Both the position numbers and the translations under genes were made by a program. A stretch of 64,000 nt of DNA from Spirochaetia bacterium (lineage in GTDB: Bacteria; Spirochaetota; Spirochaetia; CAKZLE01), in the NCBI GenBank assembly GCA_963677595.1, contig OY782041.1, positions 2,208,001 to 2,272,000 on the forward strand, read 5' to 3'. Below are positions 46,805-57,075 of this stretch, in pieces (the stretch's first letter is position 1; every line of letters begins with the position of its first letter). The notes beneath the pieces were generated by a model that saw nothing but the letters and a program-made list of their open reading frames with translations, was not told the origin of the DNA and ran no database searches.

Positions 46805-49582
46805 ATGAGAGATGCCAAGTCAGGGAAGCACAAACACAGCAGGTTAAATCGCCAGTTCACGGTCGTCATCTCCATCTTCGTAAGTATTACCATCCTGATA
46901 TTCCTCCTGAGTATGCTTTCCTCGGCCCTCCTGAACTCAGCCCGGATATTCGTCCATGGGGAAGCACTCTGGGCAAAGGCCCAGAAAGATGCCTTCATCA
47001 GTCTCTATCGATATACCTACTCGGGTGACCCGGCTGATTACATGTCATACGAGGAGTCCATGGAGATCATCCTCAATGACCGCATCGCCAGGGATGCGCT
47101 TCTGGGCAGACGAGCTGACTGGGAAACTGCTTGGCAGGGATTCATCGCCGGCGGGTTCGAACCGGAAGACTTGCGGTATTCGCTCCCGACACTGCATTAT
47201 TTCCACTCACTGCCGTACCTGCGGGATGCCGTGGCGATCTGGCAGGGGACAGACAGCCTGGTCATGGAGATCCGCAGCCTGGCTGAAGAGGTCCAGTGTG
47301 AGTGCAGCATCGAGGAGATGTCGTCCGATGCCCTGGCTGCGCTTCGGGTACGGCTGTTTGACATGAACAGGGACTTATCAGCACTGGAGCGGGAGTTCTC
47401 CCTCTCCGTTCGGGAAGCGGCCACGTGGATCATGCGCATGTTCTCGAGACTCACCATCAGCATCCTCCTCGGGGCCCTCGGGATCGGCCTGTTCATTTCA
47501 AGGAAGATCATCCACGGTATCAACATGACACTCGATAACGAGCGTGATGCCCTGATCAAGTCTGCCGAACTCGAACGTGAGGCCAATGCCGCCAAGTCGA
47601 TCTTCATCGCCACGATGAGCCATGAGATACGTACTCCCATGAACGCGATCCTGGGGATGGCGGACCTCCTGCAGGATGCTGACATTTCAGCGGAACAGAG
47701 GGGGTATGTCGATACGATCCATTCTTCCGGTGTCGTCCTCCTCGATCTCATCAATGATATCCTCGATTTCTCGAAGGTCGAGTCCGGCCGACTTGACCTC
47801 GAATACATCAGCTTCGATATCGAGTACCTGGTCAACGAGATCGTGACGCTCCTTGATGTGAAAGCTGCTGAGAAGGGCCTTGAACTGATCGTGGACTTCG
47901 GGCCTGAGTGTCCCCGGTATGTGAAGAGTGACCCCGGGAGGATCCGGCAGATCCTGATCAACCTGCTCGGGAATGCCATCAAGTTCACAGAGAAGGGACA
48001 TGTCCTGCTGCGGGTGCGGCAGGCGGCTGCTGAAGGGATGAACACCACGCTGCAGTTCTCAGTCGAGGATACCGGTATCGGGATAGCAGAAGCTGACCAG
48101 GTACGGCTCTTTGACGCCTTCGTCCAGGTCGATACCGGTACCGACCGTCAGTACGAGGGCACCGGGCTTGGGCTTGCCATCAGCAGGCGGCTGGTCGATC
48201 TCTTCAAGGGGAGTATCGAGGTAGAGAGTGAAACGGGTGTCGGTTCTCGCTTTATGGTGAAGATCCCGATGGAAATCACCGAGAAACAGGAAAGACTGGC
48301 TGAAGCCGATCTCATGGGCGTTCGGATCCTCGTGGTCGATGACTATGAGGCGAACCGAACCGTCTTCGAGGGGCAGCTCCAAGCCTTCGGCATGGACGTG
48401 GAAACTATTCCTGGAGGACAGGCTGCGCTTGATCTCCTGCACGAATCTGCTGCCCAGGGGAAGCTCTTCGATATCATATTGACGGACCAGAACATGCCGG
48501 GAATGGACGGCCTCTCCCTCACGAAGAGGATCAAGTCTGATCCGGAGATCTCCCCTGCAGTGGTTGTCGTCACCTCTTCAGGCCATCGGGGCGATGTGAC
48601 GACCTTCCTCAATGCCGGGGCAGCCGGGTACCTGATCAAACCGGTAGAGCGGCAGAAACTCTATGAACTCCTGGCAAAGGTGCTCGGGGGCAGGGGAAAG
48701 CCCGATGTACCGTTCATCACGTACCACCAGCTCTCTGAAGGGGCCCGGAGTGCCTATCTGACAAGGAGAAGACGGTTCTCAGGACGGGTCCTCGTTGCAG
48801 AGGACACTCCTGCGAATGTGGTGCTCCTGAGGACCCTCCTCCACCGATTGGGCTTGAGTATCGTCGTTGCCAATGATGGGAAAGAAGCTGTCGATATCTA
48901 TCATCGGGAGGCGCTGGATCTCATCTTCATGGACCTCCGCATGCCGAACATGGACGGTCTCGAGGCAGCCGGGATCATCAGGGAAGAGGAGAGGGAGACG
49001 GGGAAACACCTCCCGATCATCGCGGTGACTGCTGACGTGGTACCGCAGACGAGGGTGGAGACCGAACAGGCCGGGCTTGACGGGTTCATCATCAAACCCT
49101 TCAGGAGGGAAGACATCATCGAAGTAGTGGCGACGTACCTCCCTGAGTATACAGAGTCGGGCCCGGAGTCCTTGAGATCTCCCGGTGCAGGAGGATCGTC
49201 AGCGGCTCTCCCGGCAGGGGAGGCGGTATCGATGGAACAGATAGGGTTGATGCAGGAAGAACTCGGAGAGGAATTCCCCATATTCCTGCAGGCCTATCTT
49301 GACGGTACCCGGGATTCGATCTCCGAGATGCGTGAGAGCTATGAGAACAAAGACCTGAGGACCCTGCTGCGGGCAGCCCACAGCATCAAGTCCTCGAGCC
49401 TCAATGCAGGGGCTGTACGTTTGTCAACCCTTGCAAAAGCACTGGAAAATGAGGTAAAAGAGAATCAGCTTGGTGATGTCATGACTCGGATCGATGAGCT
49501 GGAACGAGAGTTCGAGCGGGTCATGCATGCACTGGATCAGCAACACGGAGGAGCCTGCGATAATGAATATACTCATAGCTGA
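46805..49582 (+). CDS. Membrane hybrid histidine kinase with 2 REC and Hpt domains
   Basis: MSHEIRTPMN, NAIKFT, GTGLGL, two REC domains, AHSIKSSS Hpt. Confidence 0.93.
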   Translation: MRDAKSGKHKHSRLNRQFTVVISIFVSITILIFLLSMLSSALLNSARIFVHGEALWAKAQKDAFISLYRYTYSGDPADYMSYEESMEIILNDRIARDALLGRRADWETAWQGFIAGGFEPEDLRYSLPTLHYFHSLPYLRDAVAIWQGTDSLVMEIRSLAEEVQCECSIEEMSSDALAALRVRLFDMNRDLSALEREFSLSVREAATWIMRMFSRLTISILLGALGIGLFISRKIIHGINMTLDNERDALIKSAELEREANAAKSIFIATMSHEIRTPMNAILGMADLLQDADISAEQRGYVDTIHSSGVVLLDLINDILDFSKVESGRLDLEYISFDIEYLVNEIVTLLDVKAAEKGLELIVDFGPECPRYVKSDPGRIRQILINLLGNAIKFTEKGHVLLRVRQAAAEGMNTTLQFSVEDTGIGIAEADQVRLFDAFVQVDTGTDRQYEGTGLGLAISRRLVDLFKGSIEVESETGVGSRFMVKIPMEITEKQERLAEADLMGVRILVVDDYEANRTVFEGQLQAFGMDVETIPGGQAALDLLHESAAQGKLFDIILTDQNMPGMDGLSLTKRIKSDPEISPAVVVVTSSGHRGDVTTFLNAGAAGYLIKPVERQKLYELLAKVLGGRGKPDVPFITYHQLSEGARSAYLTRRRRFSGRVLVAEDTPANVVLLRTLLHRLGLSIVVANDGKEAVDIYHREALDLIFMDLRMPNMDGLEAAGIIREEERETGKHLPIIAVTADVVPQTRVETEQAGLDGFIIKPFRREDIIEVVATYLPEYTESGPESLRSPGAGGSSAALPAGEAVSMEQIGLMQEELGEEFPIFLQAYLDGTRDSISEMRESYENKDLRTLLRAAHSIKSSSLNAGAVRLSTLAKALENEVKENQLGDVMTRIDELEREFERVMHALDQQHGGACDNEYTHS

Positions 49583-50480
49583 TGATACGGTAAGTGACAG
49601 GATACTGCTCAGGTCCTACCTGAAGAAGATGGGTCATGAGGTCATCGATTTCGGGAATGGTGAGGATGTGGTAGATCATGTCAGTGAGAACTACGCCTCA
49701 CTTGACCTTGTCATCATGGATGTGATGATGCCGGGAATCGACGGGCAGGAAGCGGCACGGCGAATACGGGCACTTGAGGATGAGGAATGGCTGCCTATCA
49801 TATTCTTAAGCGGGCAGACTGAGGACAAGGACCTTGCCGCAGGTATCGATGCAGGTGGGGATGACTATCTTTTCAAGCCGGTCAACAAGACGGTACTGAT
49901 CGCCAAGATGCATGCCATGCAGCGGATCTCGGTCCTGAGGAAGAACCTCTCGGAGAACAAGAGGAGGCTCGAGCGGCTTGTCAACCAGGACGGATTGACC
50001 GGTGCCGCCAACCGCAGGTATCTTGATCTGAGCCTTGATCATGAGCTGCACCGAGCTCGTCGGGAGAAGCTGCCGCTGTCCGTATGCATGATCGATGTGG
50101 ATCACTTCAAACGGTTCAACGACTCCTATGGTCATCTTGCCGGAGATGAGTGTCTCAAGCGGATCGTATCCACCATCTCCACCGTGGTAAGGCGTTCAAG
50201 TGACCTGGTGGCCCGCTATGGAGGGGAGGAGTTCTGCTGTATCCTGCCGAACACTCCGCATCAGGCTGCATTCGAGCTGGCGGAGAAGATACGCTCTGCG
50301 ATCGAGAGCTGTTATATTACCAGGCAGGTCGCAGGGAAGCCTGCTTCGGTGACGGTAAGCATCGGTGTCGCTACGATCGTGCCGGATGGGGATACTACGG
50401 TACGAACCTTGATGGCAAGAGCTGATAAGGCTCTCTACTCGGCTAAGGCATCAGGCCGTAACCAGGTCCAGCAGCAGTAG
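49563..50480 (+). CDS. Response-regulator diguanylate cyclase (REC-GGDEF)
   Basis: IADD/DVMMP REC, DGLTG, D.DHFK.FND.YGH.GD, RSSD I-site, RYGGEEF. Confidence 0.94.
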   Translation: MNILIADDTVSDRILLRSYLKKMGHEVIDFGNGEDVVDHVSENYASLDLVIMDVMMPGIDGQEAARRIRALEDEEWLPIIFLSGQTEDKDLAAGIDAGGDDYLFKPVNKTVLIAKMHAMQRISVLRKNLSENKRRLERLVNQDGLTGAANRRYLDLSLDHELHRARREKLPLSVCMIDVDHFKRFNDSYGHLAGDECLKRIVSTISTVVRRSSDLVARYGGEEFCCILPNTPHQAAFELAEKIRSAIESCYITRQVAGKPASVTVSIGVATIVPDGDTTVRTLMARADKALYSAKASGRNQVQQQ

Positions 50481-50486
50481 GCAGGA

Positions 50487-51698
50487 TCACCCCAGGAGGA
50501 AGTCCCTGATGTTCTTATGGATGATGCCGTTCCTGCTGAAATCGAACTTGTCGAGACTCAGCACATATTTGGGATAGTTATCACGGATGCCTTCCAGGAC
50601 GGAGAACTCCCTCTTGATGACATCCTCAGAGGCAAGCAGGTAACAGACCTGGTAATATGCCTTCATGGATCCCTTCTCTGCGACGAAATCTATCTCCTTA
50701 TCCTGGTATTTCCCTATGGTTATCTTGTATCCCCTACGCAGCAGTTCAGTGAAGATGACGTTCTCCAGGACCTTGTCTATATGCTGTAGGTTCTTCCCGT
50801 AGATTGCCTGCCGTAACCCATGGTCAGTGATGAATATCTTCTCCTGGATCTTAAGCAGCTTCTTGCCGACCAGGTCCTGGCGCGGGACTTTGTGGAGCAG
50901 GTATGCCTGTTCACAGGCTGTGATATAATTATATACCGTTTCAGGAGCCACCTTCCTCTGTTCGCTCTTCAGGTAGTCGGAGATGTTCTTGGCAGAGAAA
51001 GTCCTCCCGATATTCGATATGATGTAGACCAGAATTCGTTCCAGGAGTTCCACATCACGGATCCTGTTCCGTTCGATGACATCCTTGAGCAGTACCGATC
51101 CGTAAAGATCTCTCAAGTACTGGATACCAGGGACTTCTTCCAGTGCAAGGTGACCTAAGAACGGCATCCCTCCCAACCGTATGTACCGGGAGAACAGTTC
51201 CTCATCATTTCCTGGGAGACCCAGGGTTGCAGCCTGCTGTGAGAATTCCTTGAACGAGAAAGGGTATACCGCGATCTCTATATACCGCCCTGCCAGGTAC
51301 GTGGCGAGTTCGCCGGAGAGGAGGCTGGCATTCGAACCGGTAATATAGATATCAACGTTGTGATCCACTCGCAGGGAGTTGATGACTTTCTCCCAGCCCT
51401 CCACCTCCTGGATCTCATCGAAGAACAGGTAGTACCGTTCTGTCGGGTCGGTTATCCGGGAATGGATCTCCTCGTACAACCTGTCTGCTGTCCTGAAGCC
51501 AATGGTCTGGTAGGATTCGAAGTTATAGGATAACACTCGGGCCCCGTCCACCCCTCCATTAACGATGTGCTCTTGTATCTGTTCCAGCAGCACCGATTTC
51601 CCGGTTCTTCGCATGCCGACCAGGACTTTGATGATATCCTTATCGATGAATGGAAGGATCCTCTCTACATACTGATCCCTGTATATGATGGTATTCAT
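50487..51698 (-). CDS. AAA_14 ATPase with DUF4143 C-terminal domain
   Basis: GMRRTGKS Walker A, FFDEIQ Walker B, ITGSNA, LAGR, GGMP, EN...ELLRRG, EIDFVA...YYQV. Confidence 0.92.
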   Translation of the reverse strand: MNTIIYRDQYVERILPFIDKDIIKVLVGMRRTGKSVLLEQIQEHIVNGGVDGARVLSYNFESYQTIGFRTADRLYEEIHSRITDPTERYYLFFDEIQEVEGWEKVINSLRVDHNVDIYITGSNASLLSGELATYLAGRYIEIAVYPFSFKEFSQQAATLGLPGNDEELFSRYIRLGGMPFLGHLALEEVPGIQYLRDLYGSVLLKDVIERNRIRDVELLERILVYIISNIGRTFSAKNISDYLKSEQRKVAPETVYNYITACEQAYLLHKVPRQDLVGKKLLKIQEKIFITDHGLRQAIYGKNLQHIDKVLENVIFTELLRRGYKITIGKYQDKEIDFVAEKGSMKAYYQVCYLLASEDVIKREFSVLEGIRDNYPKYVLSLDKFDFSRNGIIHKNIRDFLLG

Positions 51699-51762
51699 AG
51701 TATACCCCTCTTGACAGGTCATAGTATAACACAGTTATATCTTAAAATATATGAATCATAGA

Positions 51763-51792
51763 TAAAAGTTTCAGTTATAACTGAAACTTTTA
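51763..51792. promoter_or_regulatory. 30-bp perfect palindrome upstream of the AAA/DUF4143 gene
   Basis: TAAAAGTTTCAGTTA|TAACTGAAACTTTTA. Confidence 0.7.
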
Positions 51793-51867
51793 GATGAGAT
51801 ACAAAACCTGCCTGGTATATGAGAACCTGCCTCCCAGAAATCACCTGTGGAAATGAGACCTGATCGC

Positions 51868-52818
51868 CTATCCCTGGTTGCTGATATAGGTCCCCGTCAA
51901 TCCTGCAATAGCATCCGAGAGGTGTGCCGGGTCAGTGATGATCCCGTCCTTCCCGGTAGCCTCGACGAAGTCTATGATCGCCTCGATCTTGGGGAGCATG
52001 CTTCCCGGGGCGAAATGGCCCTGTGAGGAGAGCTCCTTCAGCTGTGCGGTCGTCACCCGGTCGAGGGACTGCTGGTCAGGCTTCCCGTAGTTCGTGTACA
52101 CCTTCTCGACCCCGGTCGAGATGATCATCAGGTCGGCATCAAGGGACCTGGCCAGGAGCGCGGCAGCATAGTCCTTGTCGATGACCGCTTCCTTCGCTAC
52201 CAGCCCATCTTCGGCTTCCACCACCGGGATCCCGCCGCCTCCGGCGGCGATGACCAGGGTGCCCTGGTCAAGCAGCCCGCGGATGGAATCGAGCTCGATG
52301 ATCTCCTTCGGGCGGGGGGAGGGGACAACACGACGATAGCCGCGACCGGCATCCTCCACGATATGCCAGCCCTCTTCGGCCTGCAGCTTATGTGCTTCCG
52401 CCTCATCCATGAAGGAACCGATCGGTTTCGTCGGGTTCCTGAAGGAGGGATCATCCTCATCGACCCTGACCTGGGTGACCACGGTTGCCACGGGGTACTT
52501 CATCCCGACGGTCCTGAACTCATTGTAGAGCCCGATCTGCAGGTTGTAGCCGATAGCACCCTGCGTGTCCGCCACGCAGCAGTCGAGGGGTACGGCATGG
52601 AGGATAGGCCTCGCGTATTCAGCCCTCCTGAGGATGAACCCCACCTGGGGGCCGTTCCCATGGACGATCACGACCCTATGTCCCTGCTGTATGAGCCGCA
52701 CGATATGGGAAGCGGTCTTCCTGGCAGCATCGAACTGGGCTGCTACCGTGATGTGTCTCGAGTCCTCGATGAGCGAGTTACCGCCTATGGCGATGACGAT
52801 GCAGGCTTTCTGTTCCAT
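51868..52818 (-). CDS. arcC: Carbamate kinase
   Basis: AIGGNSL, HGNGPQVG, PTKPIG, EDAGRGYRRVVPSP, GGGGIP, AVIDKD, GSMLPK. Confidence 0.96.
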   Translation of the reverse strand: MEQKACIVIAIGGNSLIEDSRHITVAAQFDAARKTASHIVRLIQQGHRVVIVHGNGPQVGFILRRAEYARPILHAVPLDCCVADTQGAIGYNLQIGLYNEFRTVGMKYPVATVVTQVRVDEDDPSFRNPTKPIGSFMDEAEAHKLQAEEGWHIVEDAGRGYRRVVPSPRPKEIIELDSIRGLLDQGTLVIAAGGGGIPVVEAEDGLVAKEAVIDKDYAAALLARSLDADLMIISTGVEKVYTNYGKPDQQSLDRVTTAQLKELSSQGHFAPGSMLPKIEAIIDFVEATGKDGIITDPAHLSDAIAGLTGTYISNQG

Positions 52819-52840
52819 GGGTGCCTCCCGTATATGCGAA

Positions 52841-52856
52841 ATACTTGTATATACAA
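52841..52856. promoter_or_regulatory. GntR/HutC-type operator TTGTATATACAA upstream of arcC
   Basis: Palindrome; 14/15 match (ATACTTGTATRTACA) to the site at 56902. Confidence 0.6.
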
Positions 52857-53010
52857 CTACCTATTGTATGCGGGAACACGGAAGAGTTCAAGTAGGGATT
52901 GAACACGTGTTAAGCTTTTTCCCCAGTGACATGTGTAGATTTTGTAACTTATTATAGCAAAACAAAAAGGAATATGGTGTGACGTGCCTGCCAGTCTGGT
53001 ATGGCATAGA

Positions 53011-54061
53011 TTAGATGAAGAATTCCAGGTTCCCCTCATAGACCACGTCTAGTTTGGTCTTCAGCATCGGCTGGGCTTCACTGCCGGGATGGAGGAGTGA
53101 GTGGAACAGGTGCTTGACCCCCTGGTAGCCCTGGGAGACCATATCCTGGAATATGACGGCATCGATACTGTGGCTGAGCATGTTGTCCCTGATCGTGTCG
53201 CACAGGTCGAACCCGACGAGCCTGACAGAGTTGTCGTGCTTCTGCACGATAGTGCTCACAAAGTCGAGTTCATAGGTGAGATCGAAGATGCCGCCAAGTC
53301 TTGGGATTGGTGGCGAACAGCTCCTCGACAAACTGCTGCAGGGAATCCAGGGATGTATCCTGCAGCAAGAATGGGTCGAGCAGGGTCACGTCCGGGAACC
53401 GCTCCATCTTCTTCAACAGCCCCTGATAACGATCGGTAACGTCCTGGTGCTCTGGGCCCTCTCCCCCGAGCAGTACTGCGATCTCCCTGCCGGGAGGAAC
53501 CATCCGTGCCAGGACCTCAGCCGCGAGGACACCGCTCTGGTAGTAGTCGCACCCGATATATCCGCTGCGCGATGATTCAGGTACATCCTTGTTGATCGTG
53601 AAGACCTGCTTGCCCATGCCGACCAGAGTGTCGATGCATTCCTCCATGGGCCCGACCCGGTTGGGGTAGACCGCGAACGCATCGACCCCCTCCTCAGCAA
53701 GCCGGTAGAGCTCGCTGACCTGCTTCTCGGGTTCTGTGAGATCGGTCAGGGAACAGGTAACGCTCAGGCCGTAGTCTCCGAGTTCTTTTGCAGCCCAGCG
53801 GATCCCCCGCAGCAGGTTGTTCAGGGTGTAGGGGGTCCTGGGATTGCTGTAGCCGCTGAAGGCGATCACGTACTGGTTGTTCAGTGCCAGGTTCTTGGCA
53901 GCGAGATTGGGCTTGTAATCATAGACCTGAACCGCTTCGAGTATTCGTTCCCGTGTCGAGGTCCGTACCGTACCTTTGTTGTTCAGGGCCTTGTAGATGG
54001 TCGTCCGTGATATACCGATCTTCTCAGAGAGTTCTTTCAAGGTCACCCTGTCTTTCTTCAT
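53011..54061 (-). pseudogene. LacI-family regulator split by a single-base frameshift near 53301
   Basis: HTH TLKELSEKIGISRTTIYKALN, YKPNLAAKNL; the C-terminal LVGFDL...AVIFQD..SQGY is in another frame; removing one A in AATCCCAAGACTT restores NPRLGGIFD. Confidence 0.8.
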
Positions 54062-54112
54062 CCTTGCATTATACCCGTTCGATGGGGATTGGCAATATGA
54101 CGGCGGACGATC

Positions 54113-56866
54113 TCAAGCCCGGTCCTGCAGCACCTTTCTGATATCATCGGCGGTGACCGGCAGGCGTGAGAACTCTACCCCGGTGGCATGGCTGATCGCG
54201 TTCACGATCGCTGGGGCTACCCCCGAGGTCGTTGCCTCCCCGATGCTCTTCGCACCGAACGGGCCCGGTTCCTCCTTCTCATCGAGGAAGATGCTCTCCA
54301 CTACCGGCATGTCCGTTGACCGGAGGAACCCGTACTTCCTGAAGTTCCCGTTGCTCACGATCCCGGTCTTGGGATCGACCTCAAGCTGTTCGGTGAGGGC
54401 GAACCCCATCCCCATATGGAGACCGCCTTCCACCTGTCCCTCGATCATCACCGGGTTGATCGGGGTACCCGAATTGTGGACAGCGAGGAACTTCGTCACC
54501 CTGATCTCCCCACTCTCGCGTGAGATCTCCACTTCGGCGAAGTTCGCGAAGTAGGCACCCGGGTCGAAGGGGGAGGACACGCTCTCGATGACCGCGATAT
54601 CCCGGAAGGGGAAGGTCGTCTGGGCATGACGGACAAGGTCTGCCCGGCTGAGCTGCTTCCGGGGTTCCTGCGTATGGACGACAGCCCCGTCACGGTAGGT
54701 AAGATCCCTTGGGTCTGCAGACCAGATGCCTGCTGCTTCCTCAATGAGGAGGTGCTTTACATGAAGTGCCGCCTTCTCGACAGCTTGCCCGCAGACCCAG
54801 GTCTCTCGGCTCGCGTAGCTTCCGTTATCATAGTAGGTGACCTTGGTATCGGTCTCAGCCAGGCTGATGTGGTCTTCGGGGATATCGAGGGAGGAGGAGA
54901 GGATCTTCTTCATGATGATACTGCTTCCCTGCCCGTTCTCATGGGCGGAGATCGAGAGTACCGCCGAACCGTCAGGGAAGAGCTTCAGCCCTGCTGTGGA
55001 GTAATCGACACAGACCGGGTGTATCCCCGCGCCATGGACCCCGCAGGCAACACCGAGGCCTTTGAGGACCGTCACTCCCGGCCGGGCATTCTCCCTCTCG
55101 AACCGGGCCCTCCGTCTCTCCCAGTCTATATGTTCTGCCCCGGCCTGGAGGCACGCCCTCGGGTGGCAGGCTCCCAGGGACTGGCCGTTCAACGGGTTGG
55201 TATCACCCGGCTCCACGAGGTTCTTCAGCCGGAAGGTTACCGGGTCCCACTGGTTGTCCCGGCAGATCCGGTCGATGAGGACCTCTCTGGGGAATGATAT
55301 CTGGGGATTCCCGTAGCCGCGCATGGCTCCTGAGTTCTGGTTGTTCGTGTAGGCCAGCCGGACATGGTTCGCGATATACCCTGCACGGTAGAGCCGTGAG
55401 GATTTATCCATGAAGGCATAGCCGAGGTCATAGCCGCTGCCGAAGTAGGCACCGCGATCTAAGACCGCATCGTAGCTGTGGGACTGGAAGAACCCGTCAG
55501 CATCCACGGTAAAGCGAGCCTTCACCTCCGCCGGGGTCCTCGTCCTCGTCGAGCTGAATACCTCAGGTCTCGTCATGGTGAGCTTCACCGGCCGGCCCGT
55601 CCTGAGGGCAAGCAGGAAGGCCACTGGTTCTAAGACCATCTCTGACTTCCCGCCGAAGGCTCCTCCTACAGCGGGCTTGATGACCCTGACCTTGTTGAAG
55701 GGAAGGTCGAAGAGCTCGGAGAGCATCGCCTGGTAGCAGAAGACATTCTGGCAGCTGGTGTACACCGTCATCTCATCCTCGTCCGGGACGGCTGTCACGG
55801 CATGGGGTTCCATGGCGGCATGGGTCACCCTGCCGGTATGGAATACCCCTTCATAGACTTTCAGTGAACCGTCTGCCGAAGGATCGGCACTGTCGGTGAC
55901 GGATGAGAGTTCTGCCGGGGCATTGCCCTCCCCATGGATGGGATAGGCCCCGTCAGCGAGACTCTGCGCCGGTGTCTGCAGGAAGGGGAGTTCTTCCCAG
56001 GTCAGGGAGATGAGGGATACGGCTTTCCTGGCGGTCTTCTCATCGACAGCCGCCACGGCAGCGATCCTGTCGCCGCGGTAGCGGAAGTGCTTGTTGAAGA
56101 TTCGTTCATTCTTGGGGACATCCTGGTAGGGGACGGTGACATGGCTGTTGAAGAGCTTCTCCGGGCTGTCTTCGAAGGTCACGATATCGACGACACCTGG
56201 CAGCTTCAGCGCTTCGGAGATGTCTATTGCCGTGATGATCCCGTGGGGTGCCGGTGCATAGAGGATCTTCCCGTACAGGGTGCCCGGGAAACTCAGGTCA
56301 TCGGTGTACTTGAGCAGCCCGGTGACCTTCGAACGGCCCTGTGTGACGGGGGAGTAGCCGCTGACCCCGTCCTTACGCTCAGGTGGTGCCATCTGTGAGG
56401 AAGCGATCTTCACCGCATCGATGATCTTCGCGTACCCCGTGCAGCGGCACAGGTTGTCCTTGAACGCATACCGTATGGTCTCCTCGTCCGGGCAGGGATC
56501 GCGATGCAGCAGGTCCACTGCCGTCATGATCATGCCTGGGGTGCAGAACCCGCATTGGACGGCTCCTGCATCAAGGAATGCCTGCTGCACGGGATGAAGC
56601 GGGCCTCCCTTGACGGAGAGCGGGGTGAGCCCCTCGATCGTGATGATCTCGGCACCCTCGAGCCTGGAGAGGGGCAGGTTGCACGATGTCCGTACCAGCC
56701 CGTTGACCAGTACCTTGCAGGACCCGCAGGTACCTGCCCCGCAGCCGCATTTGGTCCCCGTAAGGCCGAGGTGCTCCCTGAGGTAACGCATCAGGGTCAG
56801 CCCCTGCTCGGGGACAGCTGAGTACGGTGTCCCGTTGATGGTCAATGACACGGCTCCATCCTGCAT
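54113..56866 (-). CDS. Xanthine dehydrogenase-family molybdoenzyme with fused [2Fe-2S] domains (XdhD/Mop-like)
   Basis: GTKCGCGAGTCGSC, QCGFCTPG, NLCRCTGY, AMEP, VGGAFGGK, AMRGYGNPQ, GQG, GQVEGG, GPFGAKSIGE. Confidence 0.92.
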   Translation of the reverse strand: MQDGAVSLTINGTPYSAVPEQGLTLMRYLREHLGLTGTKCGCGAGTCGSCKVLVNGLVRTSCNLPLSRLEGAEIITIEGLTPLSVKGGPLHPVQQAFLDAGAVQCGFCTPGMIMTAVDLLHRDPCPDEETIRYAFKDNLCRCTGYAKIIDAVKIASSQMAPPERKDGVSGYSPVTQGRSKVTGLLKYTDDLSFPGTLYGKILYAPAPHGIITAIDISEALKLPGVVDIVTFEDSPEKLFNSHVTVPYQDVPKNERIFNKHFRYRGDRIAAVAAVDEKTARKAVSLISLTWEELPFLQTPAQSLADGAYPIHGEGNAPAELSSVTDSADPSADGSLKVYEGVFHTGRVTHAAMEPHAVTAVPDEDEMTVYTSCQNVFCYQAMLSELFDLPFNKVRVIKPAVGGAFGGKSEMVLEPVAFLLALRTGRPVKLTMTRPEVFSSTRTRTPAEVKARFTVDADGFFQSHSYDAVLDRGAYFGSGYDLGYAFMDKSSRLYRAGYIANHVRLAYTNNQNSGAMRGYGNPQISFPREVLIDRICRDNQWDPVTFRLKNLVEPGDTNPLNGQSLGACHPRACLQAGAEHIDWERRRARFERENARPGVTVLKGLGVACGVHGAGIHPVCVDYSTAGLKLFPDGSAVLSISAHENGQGSSIIMKKILSSSLDIPEDHISLAETDTKVTYYDNGSYASRETWVCGQAVEKAALHVKHLLIEEAAGIWSADPRDLTYRDGAVVHTQEPRKQLSRADLVRHAQTTFPFRDIAVIESVSSPFDPGAYFANFAEVEISRESGEIRVTKFLAVHNSGTPINPVMIEGQVEGGLHMGMGFALTEQLEVDPKTGIVSNGNFRKYGFLRSTDMPVVESIFLDEKEEPGPFGAKSIGEATTSGVAPAIVNAISHATGVEFSRLPVTADDIRKVLQDRA

Positions 56867-56901
56867 CGGCTATGTATCTCCTTCAGATATCTATAATCAA
56901 T

Positions 56902-56917
56902 ATACTTGTATGTACAT
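56902..56917. promoter_or_regulatory. GntR/HutC-type operator upstream of the xdh-like gene
   Basis: ATACTTGTATGTACA; a minus-strand TTGACA lies at 56945-56950. Confidence 0.6.
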
Positions 56918-57075
56918 GTCAGGGTAGCATGGGGTATTCCCACTTGTCAAGCTTGAGCCGCACTCAAGCAGGTCCAAACAATTCAGGGACACATTACTTT
57001 CACTGCCCATTATCGAGCAAAGGATTTCTTTCTTTTTTTGAAGCTACAATGGGGAATTCTCAAATTCATATATTT

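Noticed and set aside
51868-52818. Arginine deiminase operon
   Set aside because: No arcA, arcB or arcD is adjacent; the context points to purine/N-heterocycle catabolism
54113-56866. Selenocysteine recoding in the Xdh-like or AOR genes
   Set aside because: Both ORFs are full length with no in-frame TGA
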